A DNA stretch of 64,000 nt, taken from Felis catus. Lineage: Eukaryota. Positions within the stretch are counted from its first letter, which is position 1. Every line of letters starts with the position of its first letter. Positions 11,310 to 24,430 of the stretch are shown here, piece after piece. The notes beneath the pieces are model-generated. The model saw nothing but the letters and a program-made list of their open reading frames with translations. It was not told where the DNA came from and made no database searches. The DNA is taken from positions 151,654,001 to 151,718,000 of the forward strand of contig NC_058368.1 of the NCBI RefSeq assembly GCF_018350175.1, given 5' to 3'. The position numbers and the translations under genes were made by a program.

Positions 11310-14110
11310 ATTATTAGCATAGATGGATTTTTAAGGCAAAAACCCCATTGCTAGAAATGAAAAAGGTAATAATATAATAATAAATTCTTCAATTCATCAG
11401 GAAGATGCAATAATTTTAAACTTCTAAATAATAATATAGCTTCAAAATATATGAAGTGAAAATTTGACATCAAAATGAGATATTTCAACACTGTTTACAA
11501 CTATTATACCAAGATGAAATAATCAGTAATGGTATAAAAGCTTTTAACAACACTATTAAACTAGGTTTTGTTTAACAAATAACACGTATGTGCAAAACAA
11601 ATGTTAAGAACTGTGTACCCAACTTCTGTGATAAACTTACCATTTAAAGAATACATTGAACATGTTGCTTCATAAAGTCTTGAAAAATACAGAGTCAATA
11701 TACACTGATAAAAACTGCTTAATTCTAAATTATTTCATGTCTAAATTGCTAAAATTTAGTACATTTGTAAATCAAACCCAAAAATATGTTAAAAATTTTT
11801 AAATCATACATTGCATAAACAACTCATGGGTCAAAGCAAATTTTTTAACAGAAATTAGAAAATATTTAGACCTAATTAGTATTATTACTAATATTGCAAA
11901 TCTTATGGGATGCAACCAAAAAAACTGTCAAAAGGAAATCTATAGCCTTTTATATTGATCTCAGAATTTAAAACTTTGAAAATTAATTACTTATTCAATT
12001 TAAGAAGTTAGAAAATGCTTAAAAAACTGAAAAGTACAAAAATGAAGTATCAGAAATTAATGAAATATAAATTAAGTGACTGTATTAACAAAGCTTTAAG
12101 TTAAACTGTAAGAAAAAAGATAAGATAGAGGTAAATTCTCACTACTTCCTCTTACCTTATCTTAGATGTCCTGAAGCTGTCTGTAAAGCAAGAAAAATAA
12201 ATAAGTCTTAGGTATTAGAAAGGAAGAAACAAAACTGTCATAAATAGCAAATGACATGATTATCCACATGAAAAGCTCAAAAGGCCAATTATTAGAATTA
12301 AAGAGTTTAGCAACTTATTATATATAAGTATTCCATGTTCAGTATGGAGATGCAATAATGTGAAATTGCCCATTCTATACAAACATATTTATACTTACAA
12401 CACAAATTTAATGAAAACTCAACATGATTTTTGATAGGGTATGACAATTAAAAAAAATATATATATACACACACACATACATTTGCATATACATACATAC
12501 AGGAAACAGAAAAAAACAGGACATTCTTGAAGCAAAGCAAGAATGGTGGACTTGCTCTATTTGGATATCCAGACTTACACTAAAGCCACAGATTTCATGG
12601 TATGATTTTGGCGCAAGCTTACAAAATATACCAGCAAAAGACAGCCAAGGAGTAGACCCACCAATGTATTATAAAAACATGACTCAAAATGGGGAAACTG
12701 ACACATTGTGCAATCAATGATAACTGAATAATCAGTTTCTAATTGTAAAAAAAAAAATTGCCTCTTACATCACACCATACACAAAATTCAATCCCAGATG
12801 GGTTAAAATCTTAAACGTTGAAGAAATATTTTAAAATTTTACAACAAATTATAGGATATCTCTGATTTTGGGGGTGTAAATTAATTTCTTAAATGAGACA
12901 CAAAATCACTTAATATAAAAAAAATAAGGACTACCTAATTTACATTAAAATTAACAACTGATCAAAAGAAAGAACTCTTCTGTTGATTACAAATATGTAA
13001 GAAAGAGCCACTATTTGGTGGAATAAGATTTGCACATTCATAACTGGAAAATAATGTTAATCCACATTTATATGGGACTTCCCTATAACATTCACTAAGA
13101 TATGGCAAACAACCTAATGGCGAAATGGACAGAGACACCTGGGTAGTTCAGTCGATTAAGTGTCCTACTCTTGATTTTGGCTCTGGTCATGATCTCACAG
13201 TTTATGAGATTGAGCCTTACATCGGATGCTTGGGATTCTCTCTCCCTCTCTCTCTGGCCCTCCCCCGCTTGCTCGCTCTCTCTCACTCAAAATAAATAAA
13301 CTTAAAAAAAGAAAGAAAAATGGACAAAAATATGGACACATTTATTTCACAGAAAAAAAATTGCCAACAATAAATAAAAATATATCCACCTACACTAAAT
13401 TTCAGAGAAATTAAAATTAAACCACAGCACACCTACCATATTAATAAAAATAAATGTCTTAAAAAAGCAAATGTTGGTCAGGATATGTACAATAAGAACT
13501 CTAAACACTGCAAGCAGGAGTTTAAATTTTTAATCTATACCCTGGAAAGTAACTTAGCATTAACTTGTAAAGTTGGAAATATGCATGTACTACAATCCAT
13601 AAATTAAGACACTTGTTCATGTCATGTGAATGGAGAGTATGTACAATTTCATAGGAGCATTATAATAAAGGACAAATTAAAACACAAATGACCACTATTA
13701 AGCTGTTATATATTTATAAAATGTTATACTGTTATACTTCACAAATTTCAAGTTAACTACTTCTACACGCGATAAGATGGACAAATCTCAAGTCATAGTG
13801 TTAAGTGAAAAAAGCAAGTTGTTGAAAGCATACATTAGAAGACCATTTTTATAGAATTCAAAACCAGGCATTGTTAAACATGTTGTTGGGGGATACATAG
13901 AAGAAGACAATGATGAACACAGCCTTTAGAATAGTAACTAACTCTGGGGGAGAACTAGGATGCTCTACAGACAAACACAAAGTGAAATTCAACACAAACT
14001 AACAGTGACTTTATTATTTAATTTGAGTGATGGGTTTATGGGTTTAATTTTATGATTATACTTTGTATATCTGTGCTGAAAATATGCAACATTCATCACT
14101 AACATTTTAA
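11310..14110 (+). mobile_element. Old, internally deleted L1 (ORF2 remnant to 3' end), interrupted by a CanSINE
   Basis: A-rich degenerate ORF2 motifs: tcaattcatcaggaagatgcaataattttaaac, aaatcttatgggatgcaaccaaa, cctcttacatcacaccatacacaaaaattcaatcccagatgggttaaaatc, aatctcaagtcatagtgttaagtgaaaaaagcaag; no intact frame. Confidence 0.85.
13132..13317 (+). mobile_element. CanSINE (older subfamily)
   Basis: Head gagacacctgggtagttcagtcgattaag, (CT)n tract and A tail; TSD aaatggaca at 13123-13131 and 13318-13326. Confidence 0.95.
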
Positions 14111-14560
14111 ATGAGGCTCAGGTTGAAATGCCAGTATTTGTTAATTTGAAAACGGTAAGGAAGAGAAAAGAGCAAAGGAGTCCCATGCTGGTGAAGTGAG
14201 CCACTGAGGGGATGGTATTGTTTTTTAGTGAGAGGAAGAGGATCAGAACTGGTAGGTGTGAGTGAGAGAGGGTAAAGAATGTGATGAATTAAGTTTTGGA
14301 CTATTTAGATTCAGCTACCTGCAGTACATCTTAGTAAAATGTTGGAGGTCAATTTTGATGTAGGACTTCATATGGAAAGAGAAGTCTGGGCTTTACATAG
14401 ATGGTTTTAGGAATCACTGGCATAATAGATTGGCTCTGAGGTCCCAGAAATGAATGAAATTACCTGGGGGGGGTGAGGATGGAAGTTAAGTAGTAGAGGA
14501 ATAGAGAAGAGGGCTGGTATGTATCTTTACAGATGTCACAAGTTGGAAATACCAGGAAGT
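14110..14560 (-). mobile_element. LINE-2 remnant
   Basis: aagttttggactatttagattcag...gagaagtctgggct...ttttaggaatcactggcata resembles antisense L2. Confidence 0.6.
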
Positions 14561-14859
14561 TTAGGAAGTAAAGGATTAATAGATATAAGCCCATGAACTG
14601 AAATTGATGTATGATTAATTATGCCAATTCTTCTGTGAGTTCCAGAATACATAGGCGACTGGTGCAGAGAAATGTACTGCACAGGAATCTTTACAATTCC
14701 TGGTTTTAGACTGGCTGCAGCAAAACCCCAAATAAAGCTCTTGCTCCTTGATGTGGCCTGTTAGCAAAAGATCAGCTCTCATTTTTTTTTAACACCAGAG
14801 CCTAGAGAATTCCACAATGTTCCACTCTCACTCTTCTGTCTGCCTAAATGAAGCAAACT

Positions 14860-15189
14860 GTGACAGTGTGAGCCATTTATGGAGAGGCCCAGGTAGGAAA
14901 AAGTTGAGAGAGCCTACAGGACCTACAGGCCTTGGTCATATAGCCACAACAAAATGAATTCTGTCTAAGCTTGAATGAGTTTGGAAGTAGATTCATCCCG
15001 AGACGACCTTCCAGATGAGAACCCAGCCCTGCTGACATCTGAAGTGAAGTCCAATGAGAGCCAGAGAAGAAAAGCAAACTAATCCATGTCCAAAATCCTG
15101 TCCCACAGAAACTGTGAGATGATAAATATGTACTGTTTAAGGTACTAAGTTTGTAGTAATTTGTTATACATCAACAGAAAACAAATATA
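14860..15189 (+). mobile_element. MaLR LTR (MLT1 family), 3' part
   Basis: ccttccagatgagaacccagccctgctgac...cccacagaaactgtgagatgataaat...taagtttgtagtaatttgttatacatcaacagaaaacaaatata. Confidence 0.85.
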
Positions 15190-15411
15190 AGGGTGCCTGG
15201 GTGGCTCAGTTAATTGAGCATACCACTCCTGATTTCAGCTCAGGTCATGATCTCACAGTTCATGGGAAGAGTCTGCATCAGTGCTATCTGCAATGACAGC
15301 AAGAGGCCTGCTTGGGATTCTCCTTCTCTCTCTGCCCCTCCCCTGCTCATGCTGTGTGTATGTGTGTCTCTCTCTCTCTCAAAACAAACAAATAAATAAA
15401 CATTTAAAAAA
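15190..15411 (+). mobile_element. CanSINE
   Basis: gggtgcctgggtggctcagttaattgagc head, CT-rich tract, aaataaataaacatttaaaaaa tail. Confidence 0.95.
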
Positions 15412-17440
15412 GCATTCATACTATTGTGTGTGTGTATTGCATATATTCATCAAGGCCTCTGGGCACAGTGAGGAAAAGAAAAAGAAAAAGATGGCAGGTA
15501 TATTTCTGTAGGAAGATTTTTTTTTCCTGAAAGCTTAATGGTTAGGAAGAACCATCTTTCTCATCAAAGATTGTATATATTAAAGTAGGAAGTCCCCATT
15601 CAGATAAGGTGAATGAGTCAGAAACATCCATTTCTGAATGAGCAAAGGAAGAGTGCTGGAATTTTACTTACAGATTGTACCACTTATTCTCTGAGCTTTC
15701 CATTTGATCCTTTTGAGTCTGTGCTCCTAACTTATGTGTCTCTCTTCTAAGACAGGCATTCATAGCTTGTAAGAGGCAATAGCTAATGGCAGTGCTCTCC
15801 TGGTTGAAGCCCAACTTACAGTGAGTAACATTTCTCCCTAGTTTAAAATGCTACAAAGCCTAAATTGGGCTGGTTAGGTAAACAAAAATAGCTGTTTTTC
15901 TATGCCTCTGACATCAATGACTGATGATTACTTTTACAAATTGTTTCAAATGCATAACCAAATAATAAAACCCTGGAAAGCTTGGGAAACAAACAAAAGT
16001 TATATTAGGAATTCTTTGATACTAAATGGTATTTAATATTAATAATAAGGAACTATTCATATCAGGCACAAAAGAATATAAACCTGGACCTCACAAAATC
16101 TTAGTAAAAAGAAATTCTCAATGAAATATTGGGCATCTTAAATACCTTTCTTTTTCATGTATCTTTCATTGATGATACAAAGAACTCATTAAAGGTCAGC
16201 CATTCTTTTTGAGGTCTCCATAGTAACTGTGATCTTAGCCACATCTTTGATTTAGAACATCAAAATGTCAGAATTGATATCAAACTCATGAACACCAGAT
16301 CAGGGCATTTGGTACCATATTTGATGCAATATCAAAAGCACTTACTTGTTTGTACTTGTGTGTTCATACGGTTCCTAGCTTTCTTTTTATGTCTTCTCTC
16401 ATAAGGGACATAACTTGAAAATCTTAACATATTGCCAATGGAGAACTTATCAATAGGCTGAAATATACCAGAACAGCTGAAGAAGGAACAGATAAACTCA
16501 AGAGGAAGCCTCGAAAGCTGATTTTTGCAAGGCAGGAGCAGCTTATTGGTTGAACCATTACATGAGAATCCTAAAAATTAGGAGTGTGCAATGTGATCCT
16601 GGAAAGACATTTTAGTAATAGAGGTTAAGATAGATGAATATTACAAAGATAAGAGAATGACAATATTCATTGGAAAAATAGAAGAACAACCAGAGGAATA
16701 AATGCAGAAGGATTATATTAGTAAATGAAGTTGGGAGCTGCCCTAAGAGTATAACAGGTGGGAGAAACATCAGACCTTGAAGGGAGCAGAATCCCTTTGA
16801 ACTACTTATAGTTGGTGACCTCAAAGGCTAGTAAAGTCAGGAGACAGCCTCAGCTTTAACACAGCTGCTCTCTGGCATTATTAATGGCATGAGAATGGAT
16901 CTGGGAATTGGTAAAATAGTAACAGCTAAACCAACAGTTAAAAAATAGAAGTCTGCAAGTCATGAAGCCTATCCATCAATTATGTAAGAAAGGTACCTTC
17001 TTATTAGGAATGAAGACGAGGCAAAAATCCTCAGCTCATATTAATCTCGACGACTCTGTCTTTAACTCTACTTCATTTTGATGTAAACCCAGCCTAGAGT
17101 GAGTTTCCAGCTTATGCTGAGAATCCATGTTGGGATTCAGCTCATTTCTCCCTAAACCTTACCGCTCAGCTGCATAAGGGGACCGACCACTCTGGGTAGA
17201 TGAGAAAAAAAAAAAAGGTAGGATGAGGTTTACAATGATCCAAGCACTGAAAACAACTCTTTCCACTTGTCTGTTATGTATAATCATACCATTTGCCCTA
17301 AGGAAAAAAAAAAGAGAGAAGAGTATGCTGCTTTTTCATTGATTAAGCTCAACCTGCTAAGTAGCTGTCATAAAAAATAAAAATAAAAATAAATTAAAAA
17401 AAAAGCTATTTCAGGGCTCAGGAAAATTATTATTCTGGGG

Positions 17441-17530
17441 ACCAGTGTATCTCAAACCTTAGTATATATAACGATCACCTAGGGACCTTGTTAGAACAAG
17501 GATCTGGCCCCTATGCTCAGAGGGTCTCTT
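17441..17530. mobile_element. MER5-like hAT DNA transposon fragment
   Basis: cagtgtatctcaaacctt...gatcacctagggaccttgttagaa resembles a MER5A terminus. Confidence 0.5.
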
Positions 17531-17874
17531 GGCAGCGATTATCAGTGATGGTTTTTTCCCTATCCAGTCCACACCAAATTCTTACTATGAGGCTTGGGTA
17601 GACAAAGTTATCTGTAGGAAATTCTGGATCTCTCTCTCTTTTCAAACATATCTCAGTAGATGCTAAAAAGGCAATATTATTATGAATCAGTACATTGGCC
17701 TTACTAACATGTTTATTTAAATTAAAAACTTTCATACAACTGCTTTAGCATCTTACTAAAAGATGCTAAATATTATAAAACTTTTCTAAGATTGCTTGGC
17801 TTCATGTTTTTAGTGGGATAATTTAAGCTGGTTTCTTCCAAAATTTCCCCACATTTCGGAGGGGAAAGGGGTGT

Positions 17875-18330
17875 CAATACTTATTGGGTATCTACCCCAT
17901 GCCAGGCATAGCACTAGTCACTTATTTAAAGGATTTTATTTAAATTATTTATTTATTTATTTTTTTAAATTTTTTTTTCAACGTTTATTTATTTTTGGGA
18001 CAGAGAGAGACAGAGCATGAACGGGGGAGGGGCAGAGAGAGAGGGAGACCCAGAATCGGAAACAGGCTCCAGGCTCTGAGCCATCAGCCCAGAGCCTGAC
18101 GTGGGGCTCGAACTCCCGGACCGCGAGATCGTGACCTGGCTGAAGTCGGACGCTTAACCGACTGCGCCACCCAGGCGCCCCTATTTAAATTATTTATTTA
18201 CTTAATCCCCACAATAGCCCTCATGAAATAGGACTATTCTCATCCTCATTTTATAAATGATATAACTAAGATACAGAGAGACTGTAAAACTACATTGCTA
18301 AAAAGCAAATAAACTGAGATCTGAATCTTA
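17875..18330 (-). mobile_element. MIR remnant split by a young CanSINE
   Basis: acttattgggtatctaccccatgccaggcatagcacta ... cttaatccccacaatagccctcatgaaataggactattctcatcctcattttataaatga. Confidence 0.7.
17956..18181 (-). mobile_element. Young CanSINE (SINEC_Fc-like)
   Basis: Full length, most CpGs intact; 19-bp TSD tatttaaattatttattta at 17937-17955 and 18182-18200. Confidence 0.98.
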
Positions 18331-19382
18331 TTTCTATTTTGGCACATAATTTGTCTCACTTTCTGAAATGCTTTAAACTGCAAATTACCCAGTGGTCATT
18401 ATGCTTACACTTCCAACATCTTTTCTACCTTAAAAGGTAGGAAATCCCCCAACTTATATTAAATAATTATTTTATCTGTTCCCAGACTCAGAGCTGGGAG
18501 AAGACAGTATTGCTTTTCTTGTTCTTTTTCTTTTATTGTTCACTGACAATCTAGACAAATTAAAGTACACATGAAAATTTCTGTTCCCCACAAAAGCGGG
18601 TCAACAGTTCATTTGTTCCAGGCTTAATAACTGTTATCACCACACTCCTTAATCTATTTAAAATATCCTCTAGGAATAATGAATGAGAAAACTTTCTAAG
18701 ACACCATTTCATATGTTAAAGCCAAATTTCTGCTATTTAGGAATAAAGTTGCTTTCAAATGGATCATAAAAATGTGTCTTCTTTAGACATAATACATTTA
18801 TTAAAGAGACTTGTGTATTTCCATTAAAAAAAGATAGAAATATTCAGCCCCATTACAAATTAACAAGACCTTCCAAGAAGATTGAGGCTATTTTCTATGT
18901 TCTCAGCTACCTCCAGTTTCTTAATCTATTCATGTATTCAACAAAACTTTTCTTACTGTGTGTTCAGCATAAAGAATACAGTTGGTAAACAAAAGTCATC
19001 AGATGTCATCTCTACTTTCATGAAACCTGAAGGCCTTTCATGAAATCTGTGATCATCACTAGATTCACCTAAATTTCTATGCAAATTGTAGTGATAGAAA
19101 AACTAAAGCAAATTTATGAAAGTTTTTAATTTCAATAGAAATGTTAATAAGGCCAAATCACTGATCCATAACAATACTACCTTTTAACATCATAAATTTA
19201 TATGTTAATTGTGTGATTCAATCATAAAACTAAGATTTTCATGGCATTTTTTTCCCTTTGGGGTAGTTTCAAGTTTCACATAATTGTAGTAATATTAAAT
19301 CTAGTAACATTAACAGAAGGAATGAGCTGTTAGATATTTTACATAGTACAATTTCTACCTTTAATTTACTGACTAGAATTTC

Positions 19383-19605
19383 TTTAATTTTTTTAATGTT
19401 TATTTATTTTTGAGAGACAGAGAGAAGGACAGAGACACAGAGTACAAGTGGGGGAGGGGCAGAGAGAGAGACACAAAATATGAAGCAAGCTCCACGCTCT
19501 GCACTGTCAGCACAGAGCCCATCATGGGGCTTGAAGCCATGAACCCTGAGATGGTGACCTGAGGTGAAGTCAGATGCTTAACCAACTAAGCCACCCAGGC
19601 GCCCC
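19383..19605 (-). mobile_element. CanSINE
   Basis: T-rich tail, (GA) tract, ends gccacccaggcgcccc. Confidence 0.96.
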
Positions 19606-19687
19606 TGATTAGAAACTGAGATAAATATGATTACATTGCTTATTTTTATGTCTTTAAATATACAGATTTTTTTCACAAGAAAGAGGG

Positions 19688-19878
19688 TTTTTTTTTTAAG
19701 TTTATCTATTTGAAAGAGAGAAAGCATGAGCAGGGGAGGAGCAGAGAGAGAGGGGGAAAGAATCCCAAGCAGGCCCTGCATTGTCAGTGTGGAGCTCAAT
19801 CTCACAAACCCATGAGGTCATGACCTGAGCCAAAATTAAGAACCTGACGCTTAATTTACTGAGCCACTGAGGCACCCC
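19688..19878 (-). mobile_element. CanSINE (older subfamily)
   Basis: agaatcccaagcaggc body; TSD acaagaaagag at 19675-19685 and 19880-19890. Confidence 0.95.
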
Positions 19879-20065
19879 TACAAGAAAGAGTTTTTAATCA
19901 TCTACTTCAAAGTTAACCATCTTCCTATGCAATTCTTTTGTCTCTTCCTTTCAAATACTATCCTGTTAATATTTATCTTTCATCCCTACAAAAAAAGTTA
20001 CCATTCTGGTGATCATTAATCAGAGTGTCAACTCTCTTTGATAAAGATCTTATAAAAATACATTT

Positions 20066-21455
20066 GACACAGGCACCAAGAACATGCAATGAGGAAAGGA
20101 GTCTCTCAACAAATGGTGTTAGGAAAATTGGACAGCCACATGCACAATAATGAAACTGGATCACTATCTTACACCATATACAAAAATCAACTCAAAATGG
20201 ACTAAAGATGTGAATATAAAACCTGAATCCATAATACTCCTAGAAAAAAACATATAGGATAAGGTCCTTAACGCTGGTTTTGGCAATTTTTTTTTTATTT
20301 AACCACAAAAACATAGTCAACAAAAGGAAAAAAATAAAACTGTGACTATATCAAACTAAAAATCTTCTGTACAGCAAAGGACCATCAGCAAATTGGAAAG
20401 GCTACCTATTGAATGGGAAAAAATATTTGCAAATCATAAAGGGATTAATATCCAAAATATATAAAGAATTCATACAACTTAAACAGATTGTTGAAAAAAG
20501 CTCAAACAATCCAATTTGAAAATGGGAAAATGATCTGAATAGACACTTCCAAAATGGCCAACAGGTACATGAAAAGTGTTTAACATCACTAATCATCAGG
20601 GAAATGTAAATCAAAACCACAATGAGATATCACCTCATACCTGTTAGAATGACTATTATTAAAAAAGACAAAAAAGATGTTGGCAAGGATGTATAGAAAG
20701 GGGAATCCTTTTTCACTGTTGATGGGAATGTAAATTGGTGTAGTCACTATGGAAAATAGTATGGAGGTTCTTCAAAAAATGAAAAATGAATTACCATTTG
20801 ATCCAGCAATTCCATTTCTGGGTATTTATCTGAAGAAAATGGCATCACTAACTGAAAAAGATATTTGTATCCCCATGTTTTCTGCAGTAGTATTTATAAT
20901 AGCCAAGACATGGTAACAACCTAAGTGTCCATCAACAGATGAATGGGTGAATATATTTATATAAATAAGATTCCGCCATAAAAAAGAAGGAAATCCTGCC
21001 ATTTATAATAACATGAATGGATCTCAAGGGCATTATGCCATGTGAAACTGAGACAGAAAGACAGGTAGAACAGAATGATCACCGCCAGAGACAGGGGATG
21101 AAGGGATGGGCAGAGTGTGTGAAGGTGGTCAAAGGTACAAACTTCCAGTTATAAGGTAAAGAGGTCCTGGGGATGTAATATACAGCATGGTCACTGCAGT
21201 TAATAATATACTTTAATGATGCTAGGATAGTAAATCTTAAAGATTCTCATTACAGAAAAAAAAATATAAATATGTCATGATGGATGTTAATTAAACTTAT
21301 TGTGGTACTCATTTCATAATATATATTACATATAAATATATAATTGACATATACTATACAACATATATATCATGTTATATAGTATATATTATATATTAAA
21401 CTATTATATTGTACAACCAAAACTGAGATAATGTTATATATCAATTAATTTTCCC
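20066..21455 (+). mobile_element. 5'-truncated L1 (L1MA9-like): ORF2 C-terminal region plus 3' UTR
   Basis: caacaaatggtgttaggaaaattggacagccacatgc, caaaaccacaatgagatatcacctcatacctgttagaatg, aaaggtacaaacttccagttataag; probable TSD taaaaatRcattt at 20053-20065 and 21456-21468. Confidence 0.93.
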
Positions 21456-21614
21456 TAAAAATGCATTTAAAGCTATCTGTAGTGACTCTCTAAAACAGAG
21501 TAAAGCAAGGGCAGATAGGTTAAAAGCACAACATTTTGTAATTGCATTAAATAATATAAATATATAAAAAATGAAATTTGATTAAGTGTCCATTAAAATA
21601 CTTATTAAGATTAT

Positions 21615-21823
21615 CGGAGCACCTGGGTGTCTCAGTCGGTTAAGCATCTGACTTTGGCTCAGGTTATGATCTCACGTTTCATGAGTTCGAGCCCTTTATT
21701 GGTCTCTGTGCTGACAGCTCAGAGCCTGGAGCCTGCTTCGGATTCTGTCTTTCCCTCTCTCTCTGCCCGTCTCCTCCTGGTGCTCTGTCTCTCTCAAAAA
21801 TGAATAAATGTTAAAAAAAATTT
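21615..21823 (+). mobile_element. CanSINE
   Basis: Head ggagcacctgggtgtctcagtcggttaag; 19-bp TSD aaatacttattaagattat at 21596-21614 and 21824-21842. Confidence 0.97.
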
Positions 21824-23000
21824 AAATACTTATTAAGATTATAATGGGCACATAAAAATACTTAAAACATTTTAAAAAATGAGATGAGAATCACTAATTT
21901 AAACTACCTAAAACAATGAAAAGAAACTGCAATGGAACATCAAAGTATAGAACTGACTTGAGTCTCCCTAACATTACACTGATTTCTATCATCTGGCTTA
22001 ATAAAAGGAACTTTATATGCATTGAGTAATAGATGTGTCCTTGTTGTTTATTACCTGTGAAATAGAGATGCATTTTAAACTGCCCATGTTTTCACAGAGG
22101 AAAGCAAATTTCTTCTCCACTTTCCCAGAAAGGAAAAGTGTAAGAGGAATGCTTTTAATTTTTCTCCCTCCTTCCTTTTTCCTTCCTTCACTGACTGGAG
22201 TCACTTACATGAGGGATGAGTTTAAAAGAAAAGTTGAATGTACTTTTTGTACTTTGGCAGAGCCATACCCTTCTGACACATGCATTTGTTTCTACTTTCT
22301 ACACTACAGTTAAGCTCTTAAGAGCAGCCTCTATCCCTCTGGGGCATCTGTTCTTATCCATTCAAATCTGATAAATTAATTTAGCTAACTCATTTGGTCA
22401 TAGATCAAAATTCTCTCTGATAAACTTTATCCATAATAAAATTAACATTTTGTGCTCCATTTGTCAGTTCTCAAGGAATTACAAACTCAGAAGAAAGAGA
22501 GAAATATGAGTCTCATATATTGAACCTCTACCCTAAAATTCTTCTATTATTTATATATTCAATGTAGGGACATTAGGGAAGTCTATTTCTTTATAGAAGA
22601 ATTCTGGATAGCTTTTAGGCAACTTCAAGCACAAAATTCATTCAATGGTGTGGGCTTATGAAGAAGATGATAGATCTATAAAAATGTGAGTTTAGTGTAA
22701 ATTTCAAGAATAATAAGAATCATAGATACAAATAAGGAGAACAAGAAATGATAGTCATTTTCAACATAATTTTCAATACTAAGTTATCCAGTGTATTAAG
22801 AATTGACACATTAAGTTTATGTAGAATTGATCAAAATGTTCAAATCTGTATTACTGTAGGAGAAACACTACTAAGTTTTAAGTTAATTATTTAGTCATAA
22901 GTGATTTATTTTAGTTTTTGCTTATAGTTCTTTTGGTTTAAGTGCTTCACTATGATCATCATGCTCAAAAATTTTTTTCCTTCCATGGGTTAAAAAATTC

Positions 23001-23083
23001 TGTGTGCCTGTGTGTGTGTGGTGTACATGTGAGTGTGTGTGCGCACACACACACACACACACACATACACACACACACACACA
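23001..23083. repeat. Compound (TG)n-(CA)n microsatellite
   Basis: Imperfect TG run abutting a CA run through gtgcgcac. Confidence 0.95.
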
Positions 23084-23727
23084 AGAATTTACAGTTGACT
23101 CTTTAAGAGTTTTTTGCGGTGGAGAAGGTCTTTCCCTGGAAAAGCATGCTTTCTAACCTTTAAATTATTGAATAGAATATTCGTGAACTTCCTTGAGTGG
23201 CTTTAAGTTTAACTTTATACCACAGTAGAAGCAGAACTATAAGCAAAGTAATCATACCCACATAACAAACATTTCCTTCCTCATCATCCAAAAACTAGTG
23301 TTCCTCTTAGCCCTTAAGAACAAAATTTTAGTATTTCCTCATACATATTTATTCACAAGAATGTTATGGATACCTATATACAAAGTATCTATACATATAT
23401 ACACATGGTACTTTTTGTTCCACACTCTCATTTGCATGTACACATGTACACACTATACACACAGGGATACACTGCTCCTTTTTCCATGGTAAGCATTAAA
23501 TGCACAAACAACTATGAGGAAACTAATCAATTAAGTTCCAAGAGTTTGCATACAATAATTTCCTTTTAAACTGAGCTTTTGTTAAGATAGTCCTTGGTCT
23601 ACTGCTCTTTGTTCAATTATACCTTCAAATTTCAAACATGTTAAAATTAAAATATGTTGTCTGGAATATTTCTCTATTTGCTCGCTGGGTGACCCACGAC
23701 TTCACCAACTCTGTATACTCTGAGCTC

Positions 23728-24040
23728 ATAGATAGAGGGATACATAGATAGATAATAGATATGTAGACAGAGGTAGGTAGATATTGAATACTGAAATATT
23801 TGTATTGATATTTATATATTGATATTTATACTGAATATTGAGTATTTATATATTGAATATATATTTATAAATAAATGTCAATATATATTCAATATATAAA
23901 TATATTGAAATATATTCAATATTCAGATAGATATGTAGACATAGGTAGGTAGATACTGAATACTGAATATATTTCAATATATATTTCAATATATATTTTC
24001 AATATTCAATATCTACCTATCTGTCTACCTAACTACCTAT
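23728..24040. repeat. AT-rich direct and inverted repeat tract inside an L2 remnant
   Basis: 41-nt unit at 23755-23795 repeated at 23927-23967 with 2 mismatches; partial inverted copy at 24003-24028; tattgaa/ttcaata spacers. Confidence 0.85.
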
Positions 24041-24430
24041 TGAACTATTTATCTTGCTGCCTGCTGGATGTCTCCAACATATCTAAAATTGAATATCTGA
24101 AGTCAACATGCTTAAAACTGAATTTGGATCTTTGCTTTCACACATGCTAACCTTATTTATGTTCCCTATCTCAGAAAGGGCATCTCCACACAAACGAGAG
24201 ATCTTGCTTTCATCCTAGTTACTTTTCTCTCTGTACTTCATCCTTTGCTTCATATCTAATTAGTCATATTCTGTTTGTCAATAGATCATCAGTTCTCACC
24301 AGATTTTAACAGCAGTTTCTTGATTTATTTCCAATATGTTCTTCCTGGAACCTCTACCAATCTACCCTCCATTTTAGTGTCAAAACCATCTTTATAACAT
24401 GGAAATATGATCATGTCGATCCTCACAGAG
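24040..24430 (+). mobile_element. LINE-2 remnant
   Basis: tgcctgctggatgtctcc...aagtcaacatgcttaaaactgaattt...gttccctatctcagaaagggcatctcca. Confidence 0.7.

Noticed and set aside
12121..12164. Hairpin taagatagaggtaa ... ttaccttatctta as an ncRNA or miRNA
   Set aside because: The stem is short and embedded in decayed L1 ORF2 sequence
20066..21000. L1 ORF2 as a functional CDS
   Set aside because: 5'-truncated with stops and frameshifts; the listed ORFs there are antisense artefacts
23728..24040. CRISPR-like repeat-spacer array
   Set aside because: Mammalian DNA, only two direct copies, and low-complexity non-unique spacers
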